A stretch of DNA of 61,816 nt, filler included, from Pseudomonadota bacterium (GCA_043825735.1; 6 parts of 6 records of this genome joined end to end with filler, not necessarily neighbours in it); one strand, 5' to 3'. Shown: positions 30,443 through 39,988, counted from the whole stretch's first letter. Notes: a model not told the origin generated them from the sequence alone. Numbers and translations are program-made.

Positions 30443-30513
30443 AAGCTTGATTACTAATCGGTTTGCTGCCTGCGCCGTTCGACTTCGCTGTTGTCCATCC
30501 ATGGGAGGAATCT

Positions 30514-30630
30514 TGCTCCCTCGTCCATGATGGGAGAGGGACGGGGTGAGGGGGACATCCCACAGATAACAAAAGACAATCTTATACCGGCCCACCCCCT
30601 CCCCTGGCCCCTCCCACAAGGGGAGGGGTA
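30514..30630. repeat. REP-like palindrome GGGAGAGGG...GGTGAGGGG / CCCCTCCCC...CCCTCCC
   Basis: Two inverted arms directly after the HD gene. Confidence 0.65.
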
Positions 30631-30631
30631 T

Positions 30632-31423
30632 TCATGGATGGACAATAGCTGAGAGACGGCGCTGAATGACAGGCTTTAGTGATTGGACTTGCGCATCTTG
30701 GGGAAGAAAAGAGAGCAGCTTACCAAGATATCCTCTATCGATCGCAATTTTGGCACTTACCGGATAACTGAATCCAGTCAACCAACCGCTTACCAGCAGT
30801 TTAAAATCATTTACCCACACTAAATCTTCATATCTGACAGGCGCTCCAGAATGGATATTTTCCAAGATATTTTTCGAATACTCTTCAGGGTCGGACTTTA
30901 AGCCAAAAAGGAGCGCGTTTCTATCTTCATTGTTTGAAAAGTATTCAATTATTGTACTCATGATATCTATCTTGTCGGCATCTCGAATTATCCTAAGGGC
31001 GAGATCTACCTGAACTGGCAGGTTATCCTGCAGGTGGTGACGATTGTGTAAAAGCACGGCAGCCAGTATTGTTCTGCGGTGGCTGGGTTCAATCGCAGCA
31101 AGGATTCCTTCTTTTTTTAATATTTTCACACCAACGGCGGCGTGATTCACCGTTTTGAGATCATTGTAGGACTGGAAACGGGCATATTGATCAAACCGGC
31201 CGACATCATGAAACAGTGCGGCAATTCTGCAAATACCACTCGTGGGGGAAGGCAGGTCCAACCAGTCGATAATTTCTTCAGAAACACGCAGCACTCTCAT
31301 AGAGTGATCGATTTTCATCTGAATGTTTCGCTTATCTTCGGCAGTCCCCTGTAAATACCCTTTTGAAAAGGAATGGAACCAGTCGATATAGTATGAGATG
31401 TCAGGCGGTATTTCAAATTCCAT
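30632..31423 (-). CDS. HD-domain protein
   Basis: KIDHSMRV, ALFHDVGRFDQY, NHA, IRDADKIDI; lower GC. Confidence 0.85.
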   Translation of the reverse strand: MEFEIPPDISYYIDWFHSFSKGYLQGTAEDKRNIQMKIDHSMRVLRVSEEIIDWLDLPSPTSGICRIAALFHDVGRFDQYARFQSYNDLKTVNHAAVGVKILKKEGILAAIEPSHRRTILAAVLLHNRHHLQDNLPVQVDLALRIIRDADKIDIMSTIIEYFSNNEDRNALLFGLKSDPEEYSKNILENIHSGAPVRYEDLVWVNDFKLLVSGWLTGFSYPVSAKIAIDRGYLGKLLSFLPQDAQVQSLKPVIQRRLSAIVHP

Positions 31424-32165
31424 ATCATTTCGCCTATGGAGCGTTGGGAGCGTTTAGATCGTTGGGAGCGTTTAGATCGTTAGGAGCGTTGGGAGCGTTT
31501 AGATCGTTAGGAGCGTTGGGAGCGTTGGGAGTGTGGGCGCCGAGGGTGCGTTCTGGCCGCTACGCGGCGTTCCGGGTTCCGGGTTGGCGCCGGAGGCGCG
31601 TTCCAGGTTCCGGGTTCGGCGCCGGAGGCGCATTCTGGCCGCTACGCGGCGTTCCGGGTTCAAAATCGCTAACGGCAAAGACATTGAACCGCGAAGGACG
31701 CCAAGGACGCTAAATCAAAATTCTTTGGTTTTCGCTGTTTCTGTCGTCTGGCAGTTCGTCTTGTCCGCCAAAGCCTTAGCGGAGGTGGAAGCCTTTGCAG
31801 AAGTGGAAGGCCGCCACACCATCGCCTTCAACACCATAAAAACAATTTTCACCACCGCAGAGAAACAGAGTGAACGGAGAACTGCAGGTTTTGATTTCGG
31901 GAGATACCGAAATCAAAACGGTTTCGATCGCCTCCGGCGAGGTGGTGCATCATGCTAACAAAACCGTTAATACTTGGCTGGTTTTACCATGCTATGACCA
32001 CTGTCGAACTGCCCGAAGGGCTGGAACCCTTTTGGGATCACGGCATCTCCCGGGATCCCAAAAACTCTGTTTCCTCTGTTCCTCTGTGGTGAAATCACCC
32101 TCACAGTTGCGTTCGGCCGTCTTGTCCGCCGAAGCCTTGGCGAAGGTGGATCTGCGCCAAAGACT

Positions 32166-33164
32166 TTAGGGATTTTTGCCGTGGTATTTTTGATGCCATC
32201 GCCAGGCTGTTTCGATGATGCCTTCGAGATCGGGGAACCGGGGCGCCCACCCGAGTTTTTCGCGGATCTTCATAGCGTCGCCGACAAGCACCGCCGGGTC
32301 CCCGGATCTGCGGTTGGCGATTTCATAGGGCACCTTGCGACCGGTGACTTTCTCGGCTACCGCGATCAGCTGCCGGATCGAAAAACCGTTGCCGTTGCCC
32401 AGGTTGTAAGAAGCGCTCTGGGCGTCGCCCTGCAATGCCTTCAAGGCCAGCAGATGGGCCTGGGCCAGATCGCTGATGTGAATGTAGTCCCTGATGCACG
32501 TGCCATCGGGGGTGTCGTAGTCGTCGCCGTAAACGGACAGTTTTTCCCGGCGCCCGTCTATCGCATCGAGAACGAGCGGGATCAGGTGGGTTTCCGGGTC
32601 GTGAACTTCACCCACCGCCCCTTCCGGATCGGCGCCGGCGGCATTGAAATACCTGAGATTGACATGACGCAAACCGTGAGCGATCTCGGCATCGGCGAGC
32701 ATCCGCTCCACGGCCATCTTTGAAAACCCGTACGGATTGACAGGCTTCTGGGGGTGGGACTCAACGAGGGGCAGCGCCATCGGCTCGCCATAAATGGCGC
32801 AGGTGCTCGAAAAAATCATTTTGGAAATGCCGGCTTCGACCATGGCCTCAATAAGGGTCAGGCTCCCGACGGTATTGTTTCGGTAATACATCTCCGGATG
32901 CTCGACCGATTCGCCCACATAGGCAAAGGCGGCAAAGTGCATGACCGCTTGCGGCCGATATTGTTTCATCACCGCGACAAGCCGCTCACCATCCAGAATG
33001 TCGCCCTTTTCCAGCGGCCCCCATTTCACCGCCCATGCGTGCCCCCGGCTCAGGTTGTCGTAGACGATGGGCGTGTAGCCGCCGGCTGCCAGTGCTTTGC
33101 AGGCATGTGAACCGATGTAGCCGGCGCCGCCGGTGACCAGGATGGTGTTGTTTTTTGAAGTCAT
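32166..33164 (-). CDS. galE: UDP-glucose 4-epimerase
   Basis: GGAGYIGSH, HFAAFAYVGES, YGFSK, LRYFNAAGA, PETHLIP, DGTCIRDYIH. Confidence 0.93.
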   Translation of the reverse strand: MTSKNNTILVTGGAGYIGSHACKALAAGGYTPIVYDNLSRGHAWAVKWGPLEKGDILDGERLVAVMKQYRPQAVMHFAAFAYVGESVEHPEMYYRNNTVGSLTLIEAMVEAGISKMIFSSTCAIYGEPMALPLVESHPQKPVNPYGFSKMAVERMLADAEIAHGLRHVNLRYFNAAGADPEGAVGEVHDPETHLIPLVLDAIDGRREKLSVYGDDYDTPDGTCIRDYIHISDLAQAHLLALKALQGDAQSASYNLGNGNGFSIRQLIAVAEKVTGRKVPYEIANRRSGDPAVLVGDAMKIREKLGWAPRFPDLEGIIETAWRWHQKYHGKNP

Positions 33165-33425
33165 GGGTATGAGCCTTTGGCACTGCGTTAGTTGGCCGCC
33201 TGCGGCGGGGGAAAACCTTTTTGGCACGGATTACACGGATTGCACGGATTTGGGCACTGCGTTAATTGGCCGCCTGCGGCGGGGGAAAAGCTTTTTTGGC
33301 ACGGATAGGGTTTGCGCACCTGCAGCGCTTTAAACCGTGTAATCCGTGGAATCCGTGCCAAGGAGCTTTTGTGCTGTTATTTTTTTATTTATAATAGCAG
33401 TGACAAAAGAATTTTTACCCCGTGC

Positions 33426-33803
33426 CTAAGGCTTTTTGGTTTTGGTGAAAACCTTGCGTTTGATCTGAACGCTTTGGGCAAAGTTGATCAGGAGGCCGAT
33501 TTCAATGCCTGTTGCTTTGAGATAGTTGTTCAATTGCGCCTCGTGGGCCGGATGCAACTCTTTTATGGATTTCAGCTCCAGGATTACTTTCTCCTCGACG
33601 AGAATATCGGCAATGTAGTCTCCGACTATTTTTTCATCGTAAAGGACTTTGATCGGCACTTCCATTTGAGCGTTAAGGCCTGCCTTTTCAAGTTCGATCA
33701 TGAGTGATTTCTGATAGACCGCTTCAAGGAAGCCAAATCCAAGGGTATTGTGGACTTTGTAGGCACAGTCGATGATCTTGGCGGTGAGGTCACTGTGTTT
33801 CAT
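33426..33803 (-). CDS. GxxExxY protein
   Basis: VHNTLGFGFLEAVY, YIADILVE..VILELKS, HEAQLNNYLK, GLLINF. Confidence 0.93.
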   Translation of the reverse strand: MKHSDLTAKIIDCAYKVHNTLGFGFLEAVYQKSLMIELEKAGLNAQMEVPIKVLYDEKIVGDYIADILVEEKVILELKSIKELHPAHEAQLNNYLKATGIEIGLLINFAQSVQIKRKVFTKTKKP

Positions 33804-34140
33804 GGATATTGTTGGCGCTGCGTTAATGGGCCGCCTGCGGCGGGGGAAAGCTTTTTTGGCACGGATTACACGGATTGCGCCTATACGGCTTAAAAAGCGA
33901 CGCGGATTTGGGCACTGCGTTAGTTGGCCGCCTGCGGCGGGGAAAACCTTTTTGGCACGGATTACACGGATTACGCGGTTAAGAAATTACGCAGCGCCTT
34001 CGGCGCTTTAATCCGCGTAATCCGTGTAATCCGTGTAATCCGTGCCAATGAGCTTTTATGTTGTTATTTTCTTCATTAAAAATAGCAGTGCCAAAAAGCA
34101 TTTTCCCCCGTGCCTAAGGCTTTTGAAATTTAGGACCGGA

Positions 34141-35364
34141 TTATTTTGACAGATATTCTTCGTAGGTTGTCCGGATGCCGTCTTCGAGTGCGATTGACGC
34201 CTTCCAGCCGGCGGCGTTGATTCTGGACACATCGAGGCGCTTTCGGTACATGCCGTCGGGTTTGCTGCTGTCGAAGACCATATCGCCAGTAAAGCCAATC
34301 GTTGTTTTTACCAGCGCGGCCAGTTCGGCGATGGTCGCGTCAGCGCCGCTACCGACATTCACAAATGAGACGCCGGTGTCGGTGGTGGCCCGTTGATAAG
34401 CAGTTTCTTCCATTTGCATGACGTGGATGCAGCCGCCGGCCATGTCGTCGACGTGGAGAAATTCGCGGTAAGGCGCCCCCGAGCCCCACAGGATCACGGC
34501 GGGTGGGACTTCAGAGGGCAGAGGACAGAGGACAGAGGACGGAGAAACGCATTCCGGGTTCAAGGTTCCGGGTTCAAGGTTGGCAGCCGAAGGCTGCGTA
34601 AAACCCTCTTTGGGTTCAATCTGTGTAATTTTTTGAAGCCGTGTAGGCGTAATCTGTGGATAAACCGTTTTTTGGCCGTTGCGGATGGCAATTGCGTTTA
34701 GTGAATGGCGGATGTCTTCCGGGATGGGGCCGTAGGTTTCCTCGTCATATAGAATGCCTTTTCCGTCGCCAATTTCGGCCAACTTGGCCAGGTGGAATTT
34801 ACGGATCAGGGCCGGCAGGACATGGGAGTTTTGAAGGTTGTAATTGTCATTGGGGCCATAGAGATTTGTGGGCATCACCGACCGGTAGTCAGAGCCGTAT
34901 TGCCGGTTGAGGCTTTCGCAAAGTTTGATGCCGGCTATTTTGGCAATCGCGTAGGGCTCGTTGGTCGGCTCCAAGGCACCGGTGAGCAGGTATTCTTCCT
35001 TCAAAGGTTGGGCTGCCGCAGTCGGGTAGATGCATGAGCTGCCCAAAAACAGCAGATTCTTTACCCCTGCCTTGAACGCCCCCCAGATCACGTTGTTTTG
35101 AACGGTCAGATTCTCGTAGATGAAATCGGCCCGGTAGGTGTTGTTCGCATAAACTCCGCCCACGCGGGCTGCGGCCATGAACACGCCGTCGATCCTGTTG
35201 CTTTCAAAAAATGCGAAGACGGCCCGCTGGTCCAGCAGGTCGAGCTGCTGCCGGGTGCGGGTGATGATGTTGGTGTAGCCGTCCTTTTGGAGACGGCGGA
35301 GGATGGCCGAGCCGACCATGCCCTTATGGCCGGCGACGAAAATGGAATCATTTTTGTTCAACAT
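34141..35364 (-). CDS. fcl: GDP-L-fucose synthase with a repeat-derived insertion
   Basis: GHKGMVGSA, AAARVGG, GSSCIYP, YAIAKIAG, MPTNLYGPNDN, WGSGAPYREFLHVDD. Confidence 0.93.
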   Translation of the reverse strand: MLNKNDSIFVAGHKGMVGSAILRRLQKDGYTNIITRTRQQLDLLDQRAVFAFFESNRIDGVFMAAARVGGVYANNTYRADFIYENLTVQNNVIWGAFKAGVKNLLFLGSSCIYPTAAAQPLKEEYLLTGALEPTNEPYAIAKIAGIKLCESLNRQYGSDYRSVMPTNLYGPNDNYNLQNSHVLPALIRKFHLAKLAEIGDGKGILYDEETYGPIPEDIRHSLNAIAIRNGQKTVYPQITPTRLQKITQIEPKEGFTQPSAANLEPGTLNPECVSPSSVLCPLPSEVPPAVILWGSGAPYREFLHVDDMAGGCIHVMQMEETAYQRATTDTGVSFVNVGSGADATIAELAALVKTTIGFTGDMVFDSSKPDGMYRKRLDVSRINAAGWKASIALEDGIRTTYEEYLSK

Positions 35365-35418
35365 TTCAAAACCAATATTTCACCACAGAGTAACAGAGAT
35401 AATAGAGTATAATTTGAT

Positions 35419-35829
35419 TCAGGGAGATGCCTGAATCAAATCATCATTCGGTAGCATTAGGCGAGTGATACCATCTTTTAACAAGACCACGTTAAAGTTG
35501 ATTAATAAACCAACCGGAGCTTTTAATATCTTCATGTATGTCATGGCCTGGGCTTCATGGATTGTCTCTATTCTTTTGCATGACTTGAGCTCTACAACAA
35601 CTACGTCGTCAACGAACAGGTCAACACGGTACTTACATTCTGTCGGCTTCCCCTTATAAACGATGGGAATTTCCTTTTGCCTTGAGAAGGCAAGTCCACG
35701 ATTACTGAACTCTAAACACAGGCATTCTTCGTAGATGTTCTCGAGAAGTCCTGGACCGAGCTCTTTGTGGACCTCTATAGCAGCGCCTATAATTGCCCCC
35801 GTGAGAACGTTGATCGAGTCATTTACCAT
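35419..35829 (-). CDS. GxxExxY protein
   Basis: AIEVHKELGPGLLENIY, YRVDLFV..VVVELKS, HEAQAMTYMK, GLLINFNV. Confidence 0.93.
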   Translation of the reverse strand: MVNDSINVLTGAIIGAAIEVHKELGPGLLENIYEECLCLEFSNRGLAFSRQKEIPIVYKGKPTECKYRVDLFVDDVVVVELKSCKRIETIHEAQAMTYMKILKAPVGLLINFNVVLLKDGITRLMLPNDDLIQASP

Positions 35830-35970
35830 AAATAATTTTTACCACAGAGGTACAGAGAAAACAGAGTTTCTGGAATCCCGGAAGGCGACGCAAACTGTTT
35901 TGATTTCGGTATCTCCCGAAATCAAAACCAGTCGTTCTCCGTTCACTCTGTGTCTCTGTGGTGAACTGAT

Positions 35971-37149
35971 CTATTCATAGTAGTTTTTGATCTTGAAGCC
36001 TTGTTGTTGCAGGGTGTCATCTCTTAGGGCGTCTTGCAGGTCGGAGGTGACCATGTCTTTAACCAGTTCTTCGAAGGTGATTTTGGGCGCCCAGCCTAAT
36101 TTCTGTTTGGCTTTTGATGGGTCGCCCAATAACGTCTCCACCTCGGTGGGGCGGAAGTAGGCGGGGTCGACTCTCACGATCGTCGACCCTGGGTTCACGG
36201 TGCACGGTTCACGGGGCACGGCTGAATCTCCCGGAGGCCCTTGCGGAAAATCTACGGAGATGTCGGCGACTGATGAGAGGATGCCGACTTCGTCGATGCC
36301 TTTTCCCTGCCACTCGATGCTCATGCCCAGATTGGCAGCGGCTTTGTCGACAAATTCTTTGACACTGTGCTGCTCGCCGGTGGCGATGACGTAGTCGTCA
36401 GGGGCATCTCCCTGAAGCATGAGCCACATCATGCGAACGTAGTCCTTGGCGTGGCCCCAGTCGCGCAGGGCGTCCAGGTTGCCCAGGTAAAGGCAGTCCT
36501 GCAGCCCCAGGCGGATGCGGGCCAGGGCGCGGGTGATTTTTCGCGTGACAAAGGTCTCGCCGCGAACCGGAGACTCATGGTTGAAAAGAATGCCGTTACA
36601 GGCAAAAAAATTGTAGGCCTCCCGGTAGTTCACCGTGATCCAGTAAGCGTAGAGTTTGGCCACCGCATAGGGAGAGCGCGGATAAAACGGCGTCGTCTCG
36701 GATTGGGGCACTTCCACCACCTTGCCGTAGAGCTCACTGGTGGATGCCTGATAATAGCGGGTCTTACCCCCCAAGCCCAGGATTCGAATAGCTTCGAGCA
36801 GCCGCAGCGCGCCCATGGCATCGGTATCGGCCGTGTATTCGGGCGTCTCGAAAGACACCTGCACATGGCTCTGGGCCGCCAGATTGTAGATCTCGTCGGG
36901 CTGGGTTTCCTGGATGATGCGGATCAGGTTGGTGGCGTCGGTGAGATCGCCGTAGTGCATTTTGAACCGCACATCCTTTTCGTGCGGATCCCGGTAGAGG
37001 TGATCCACCCGGTCGGTATTGAACAGCGATGCGCGGCGCTTGATGCCGTGAACGCTGTAGCCTTTTTTCAAAAGAAACTCGGCAAGGTAAGCGCCGTCCT
37101 GGCCGGTGATGCCGGTGATTAAGGCGACTTTTGAGTTAGAATCAGTCAT
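35971..37149 (-). CDS. gmd: GDP-mannose 4,6-dehydratase
   Basis: [47 protein letters not shown]. Confidence 0.96.
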   Translation of the reverse strand: MTDSNSKVALITGITGQDGAYLAEFLLKKGYSVHGIKRRASLFNTDRVDHLYRDPHEKDVRFKMHYGDLTDATNLIRIIQETQPDEIYNLAAQSHVQVSFETPEYTADTDAMGALRLLEAIRILGLGGKTRYYQASTSELYGKVVEVPQSETTPFYPRSPYAVAKLYAYWITVNYREAYNFFACNGILFNHESPVRGETFVTRKITRALARIRLGLQDCLYLGNLDALRDWGHAKDYVRMMWLMLQGDAPDDYVIATGEQHSVKEFVDKAAANLGMSIEWQGKGIDEVGILSSVADISVDFPQGPPGDSAVPREPCTVNPGSTIVRVDPAYFRPTEVETLLGDPSKAKQKLGWAPKITFEELVKDMVTSDLQDALRDDTLQQQGFKIKNYYE

Positions 37150-37243
37150 CGGAGTTTTCCTTGTGGAATTGAGCCATGGTTGGTGGTTGGCATCGATTCA
37201 GGGATTTAGGAATTTAGGAATTTAGGAATTTAGGAATTTAACG

Positions 37244-37615
37244 CTATTTTGACTGGAGATCTCGGAGATATTTGCGGAAACCTTTAATCTGTTTGCGGCA
37301 ATCCGCTGCCAAATCGTATACGCGCCTGAATTGGTTTTCATCAATGTAGCCACAATCCGTTGCGCGGTAGAGCTGGGACTGTACTTCACTGCATGAACGC
37401 TGAGAGTATCCTAAGAACTTCACGAACTCCTTTGTGGAGCTATCATCAAACCCCTCGGCGATATTGTCCATCACCGATCCCGAAACCCGCCAAATCTGGT
37501 CCTTTAAACTGTAATCTCTGTTAAAAGGCACAGCATTAATAATTTTCCAAACTTCGCGACACAACTCTCGCGCCACCTGCCAACAAGGCAATTCTTCGAA
37601 TGTCTTATAGCCCAT
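37244..37615 (-). CDS. Four-helix-bundle protein (23S rRNA IVS protein family)
   Basis: FEELPCWQ.A, LKDQI.R...SVMDNIAEGF, EFVKFLGYS..S..EVQSQLY.A.D.GYI. Confidence 0.92.
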   Translation of the reverse strand: MGYKTFEELPCWQVARELCREVWKIINAVPFNRDYSLKDQIWRVSGSVMDNIAEGFDDSSTKEFVKFLGYSQRSCSEVQSQLYRATDCGYIDENQFRRVYDLAADCRKQIKGFRKYLRDLQSK

Positions 37616-37743
37616 TTTTAGTTCCTGCAGTTTTTAAGCCGTTTAGGCGCAATCCCTCAATTCCTGTCGCTTTTTAAGCCGTATAGGCGCAATCCCTGAA
37701 TTCCTGAATCCCTCAATTCCTGAATCCCTCAATCAGCTTTTTC

Positions 37744-38010
37744 TTAAGCCATACCATCTCGAAGTTTTCTAAGGGATCTAATCTTCTTATACTCCAACAT
37801 CAGATCGATCCACTCGCGGAAGAGCGGGGCCAGGCGCTCGATGGAGGCGCCGGTGCGGCGGTTGGCGATACGGTTCAGGGCAAACTGGCATTCTTCGTTG
37901 TCCGGATCGTTTTCCAGGAGGTGGCGGCAGATCTCTTCGGCCTTGTCGAAATTGCCCTGATCCTCCTGCACTTTGGCCATGGTGGCGGTGAAGAACGTTT
38001 TGTCGGTCAT
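37744..38010 (-). CDS. Small TPR-like protein
   Basis: FFTATMAKV..DQGNFDKAEEICRHLLENDP; GAGGTG SD. Confidence 0.7.
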   Translation of the reverse strand: MTDKTFFTATMAKVQEDQGNFDKAEEICRHLLENDPDNEECQFALNRIANRRTGASIERLAPLFREWIDLMLEYKKIRSLRKLRDGMA

Positions 38011-38407
38011 GGGGTCACCTCGAATTGCGCCTATACGGCTTCAAAGATTGGCACTGCGTTAATTGGCCGCCGGTGGCGGGAAAACCTTTTTGGCACGGAT
38101 TTCACGGATTACACGGATTAAAAAAAGAGAATTTTCGCGGCCTGCGGCCGAAGGGCAACAGCAAAGAGATTTAACCGCGGATGACGCAGATTAAAACCAA
38201 GAGGTTTGTTCGAATCGTGACCCGGGGCGCTTTTTTCCCGGCGACCCGATTCGGACAAAACTTAGCGTCCTTCGCGCACTTCGCGGTTCAATGTCTTGCA
38301 GTTCGCCGTCATCCGGCTTTTCTCCGACCTCCGACCTCTGACCTCGGACCTCGGACCTCGGACCTCGGACTTCTGACCTCTGACATCTGGCATCTGACTT
38401 CAACCCT

Positions 38408-39424
38408 CTATTCGCTATAATACCCCCGATACCAGGCCACAAACTGGCGAATGCCTTCTTCCAACTGTGTATGGGGACAAAAGCCGGTGGCGGCGATGAG
38501 GTCGTCGATGTCGGCATGGGTCGCTTTGACATCTCCGGGCTGCATATCCATGAATACTTTTTGGGCTTCAATGCCGAGCGCCCTCTCGAGCGTTTCGATG
38601 AAGTCGATCAACGCCACCGGCTGGTTGTTGCCGATATTGTAGATGCGATACGGCGCATAGGAAGTGCCGGGGTCAGGCGCATCACCGGACCAGTCCGGGT
38701 TCGGCGCGGGTACCGTGTCGATGACTTTTACGATGCCTTCGACGATATCATCGATGTAGGTGAAATCGCGCTGCATGCGGCCATGATTGAACACCTTGAT
38801 GGGTCGTCCCGCGAGAATGTCCCGGGTAAAAGAAAAATAGGCCATGTCCGGCCGACCCCAGGGGCCGTAGACCGTAAAAAACCTCAGACCGGTGCAGGGC
38901 AGTCCGAAGAGCTGGCTGTAAGCATGGGCCATGAGCTCATTTGACTTTTTGGTGGCTGCGTAAAGCGACACCGGATGATCCACGTTGTGGTGGACTGAAA
39001 ACGGCGTCTTCGTATTGGCGCCGTAAACCGAACTCGATGAAGCAAACACCAGATGCCGTAGCGATTTGTGCTGGCGGGCCCCTTCCAGCAGATTGGCAAA
39101 CCCGACGATGTTGGCGTCGATGTAAGCCGCGGGATTTTCCAGCGAATAGCGCACGCCGGCCTGGGCCGCCAGGTTGACGACGGCTGTGAAGTCATGCGCC
39201 TTGAAAAGCGCCGCCGTAGCGGTCCTGTCGGCCAGATCCATTTTTATGAAGGTAAAGCGCTCGCTCGCTTCCAGCTGCTTCAGACGGTCGCGCTTGAGAT
39301 GCGGGTCGTAGTAGTCGTTGAGGTTGTCGATGCCCACGACCGCACGGCCGGCATCCAGCAGGCGCCGGCTGAGGTGATACCCGATGAACCCGGCAGCGCC
39401 GGTGATTAAAACCTTGTTATCCAC
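38408..39424 (-). CDS. UDP-glucuronate 4-epimerase-like NAD-dependent epimerase
   Basis: GAAGFIG, NLNDYYD, LAAQAGVRYS, YAATKK, RFFTVYGPWGRPDMA; GTG start inferred. Confidence 0.92.
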   Translation of the reverse strand: MDNKVLITGAAGFIGYHLSRRLLDAGRAVVGIDNLNDYYDPHLKRDRLKQLEASERFTFIKMDLADRTATAALFKAHDFTAVVNLAAQAGVRYSLENPAAYIDANIVGFANLLEGARQHKSLRHLVFASSSSVYGANTKTPFSVHHNVDHPVSLYAATKKSNELMAHAYSQLFGLPCTGLRFFTVYGPWGRPDMAYFSFTRDILAGRPIKVFNHGRMQRDFTYIDDIVEGIVKVIDTVPAPNPDWSGDAPDPGTSYAPYRIYNIGNNQPVALIDFIETLERALGIEAQKVFMDMQPGDVKATHADIDDLIAATGFCPHTQLEEGIRQFVAWYRGYYSE

Positions 39425-39509
39425 AGATTGCACCGATTTCCACAGATTAAAAAAGAGAGTTTTAGCGGCCTGCGGCCGAAGGGCAACTGCAACAATGACT
39501 TCGGATATC

Positions 39510-39579
39510 CGCAGATTACGCAGATTACGCAGATTACGCAGATTACGCAGATTACGCAGATTACGCAGATTACGCAGAT
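39510..39579. repeat. (CGCAGATTA)x7+ array
   Basis: Read directly; same family as CACGGATTA around the first GxxExxY gene. Confidence 0.95.
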
Positions 39580-39988
39580 GGGCGGCCTTCGGCCGGGAAA
39601 GCTAAAATCAACTACAATTTATCCACAGATTACACAGATTAAAAAAAAGAGAGAACGGCCTGCGGCCGAACTGCCACTGCAAGGGCAATTTTGGCACGGA
39701 TTGCACGGATGACGCGGATTATAACCAACGGGTTATTCAGCCTGCGGCCGGGAACTGCAAGATGACAGATGACAGACGACAGACGACAGACGACAGAAAA
39801 ACCAAGAGCAGAAATCAACTGCAAAGAGAATTAACCGCTGAGAGCGCAGAGGAAAAATGATTTGGGCGCTACACGCGGAACAGCAAAAAACGGTCTATTT
39901 TCTATTAACTTTTTACTATTCACGTTTCACTGCTTTTTCGATGCTCCAAACGATCTAAACGCTCATAACGCACCGCAGGCGCCCGCCT

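Noticed and set aside
33221..33245. TTGGCACGGATT repeats as sigma54 promoters
   Set aside because: Spacing to TTGC does not fit -24/-12 and the motif is part of a repeat family
37244..37615. Diversity-generating retroelement, given the Avd-like fold
   Set aside because: No reverse transcriptase and no TR/VR pair with adenine-specific differences seen in the window
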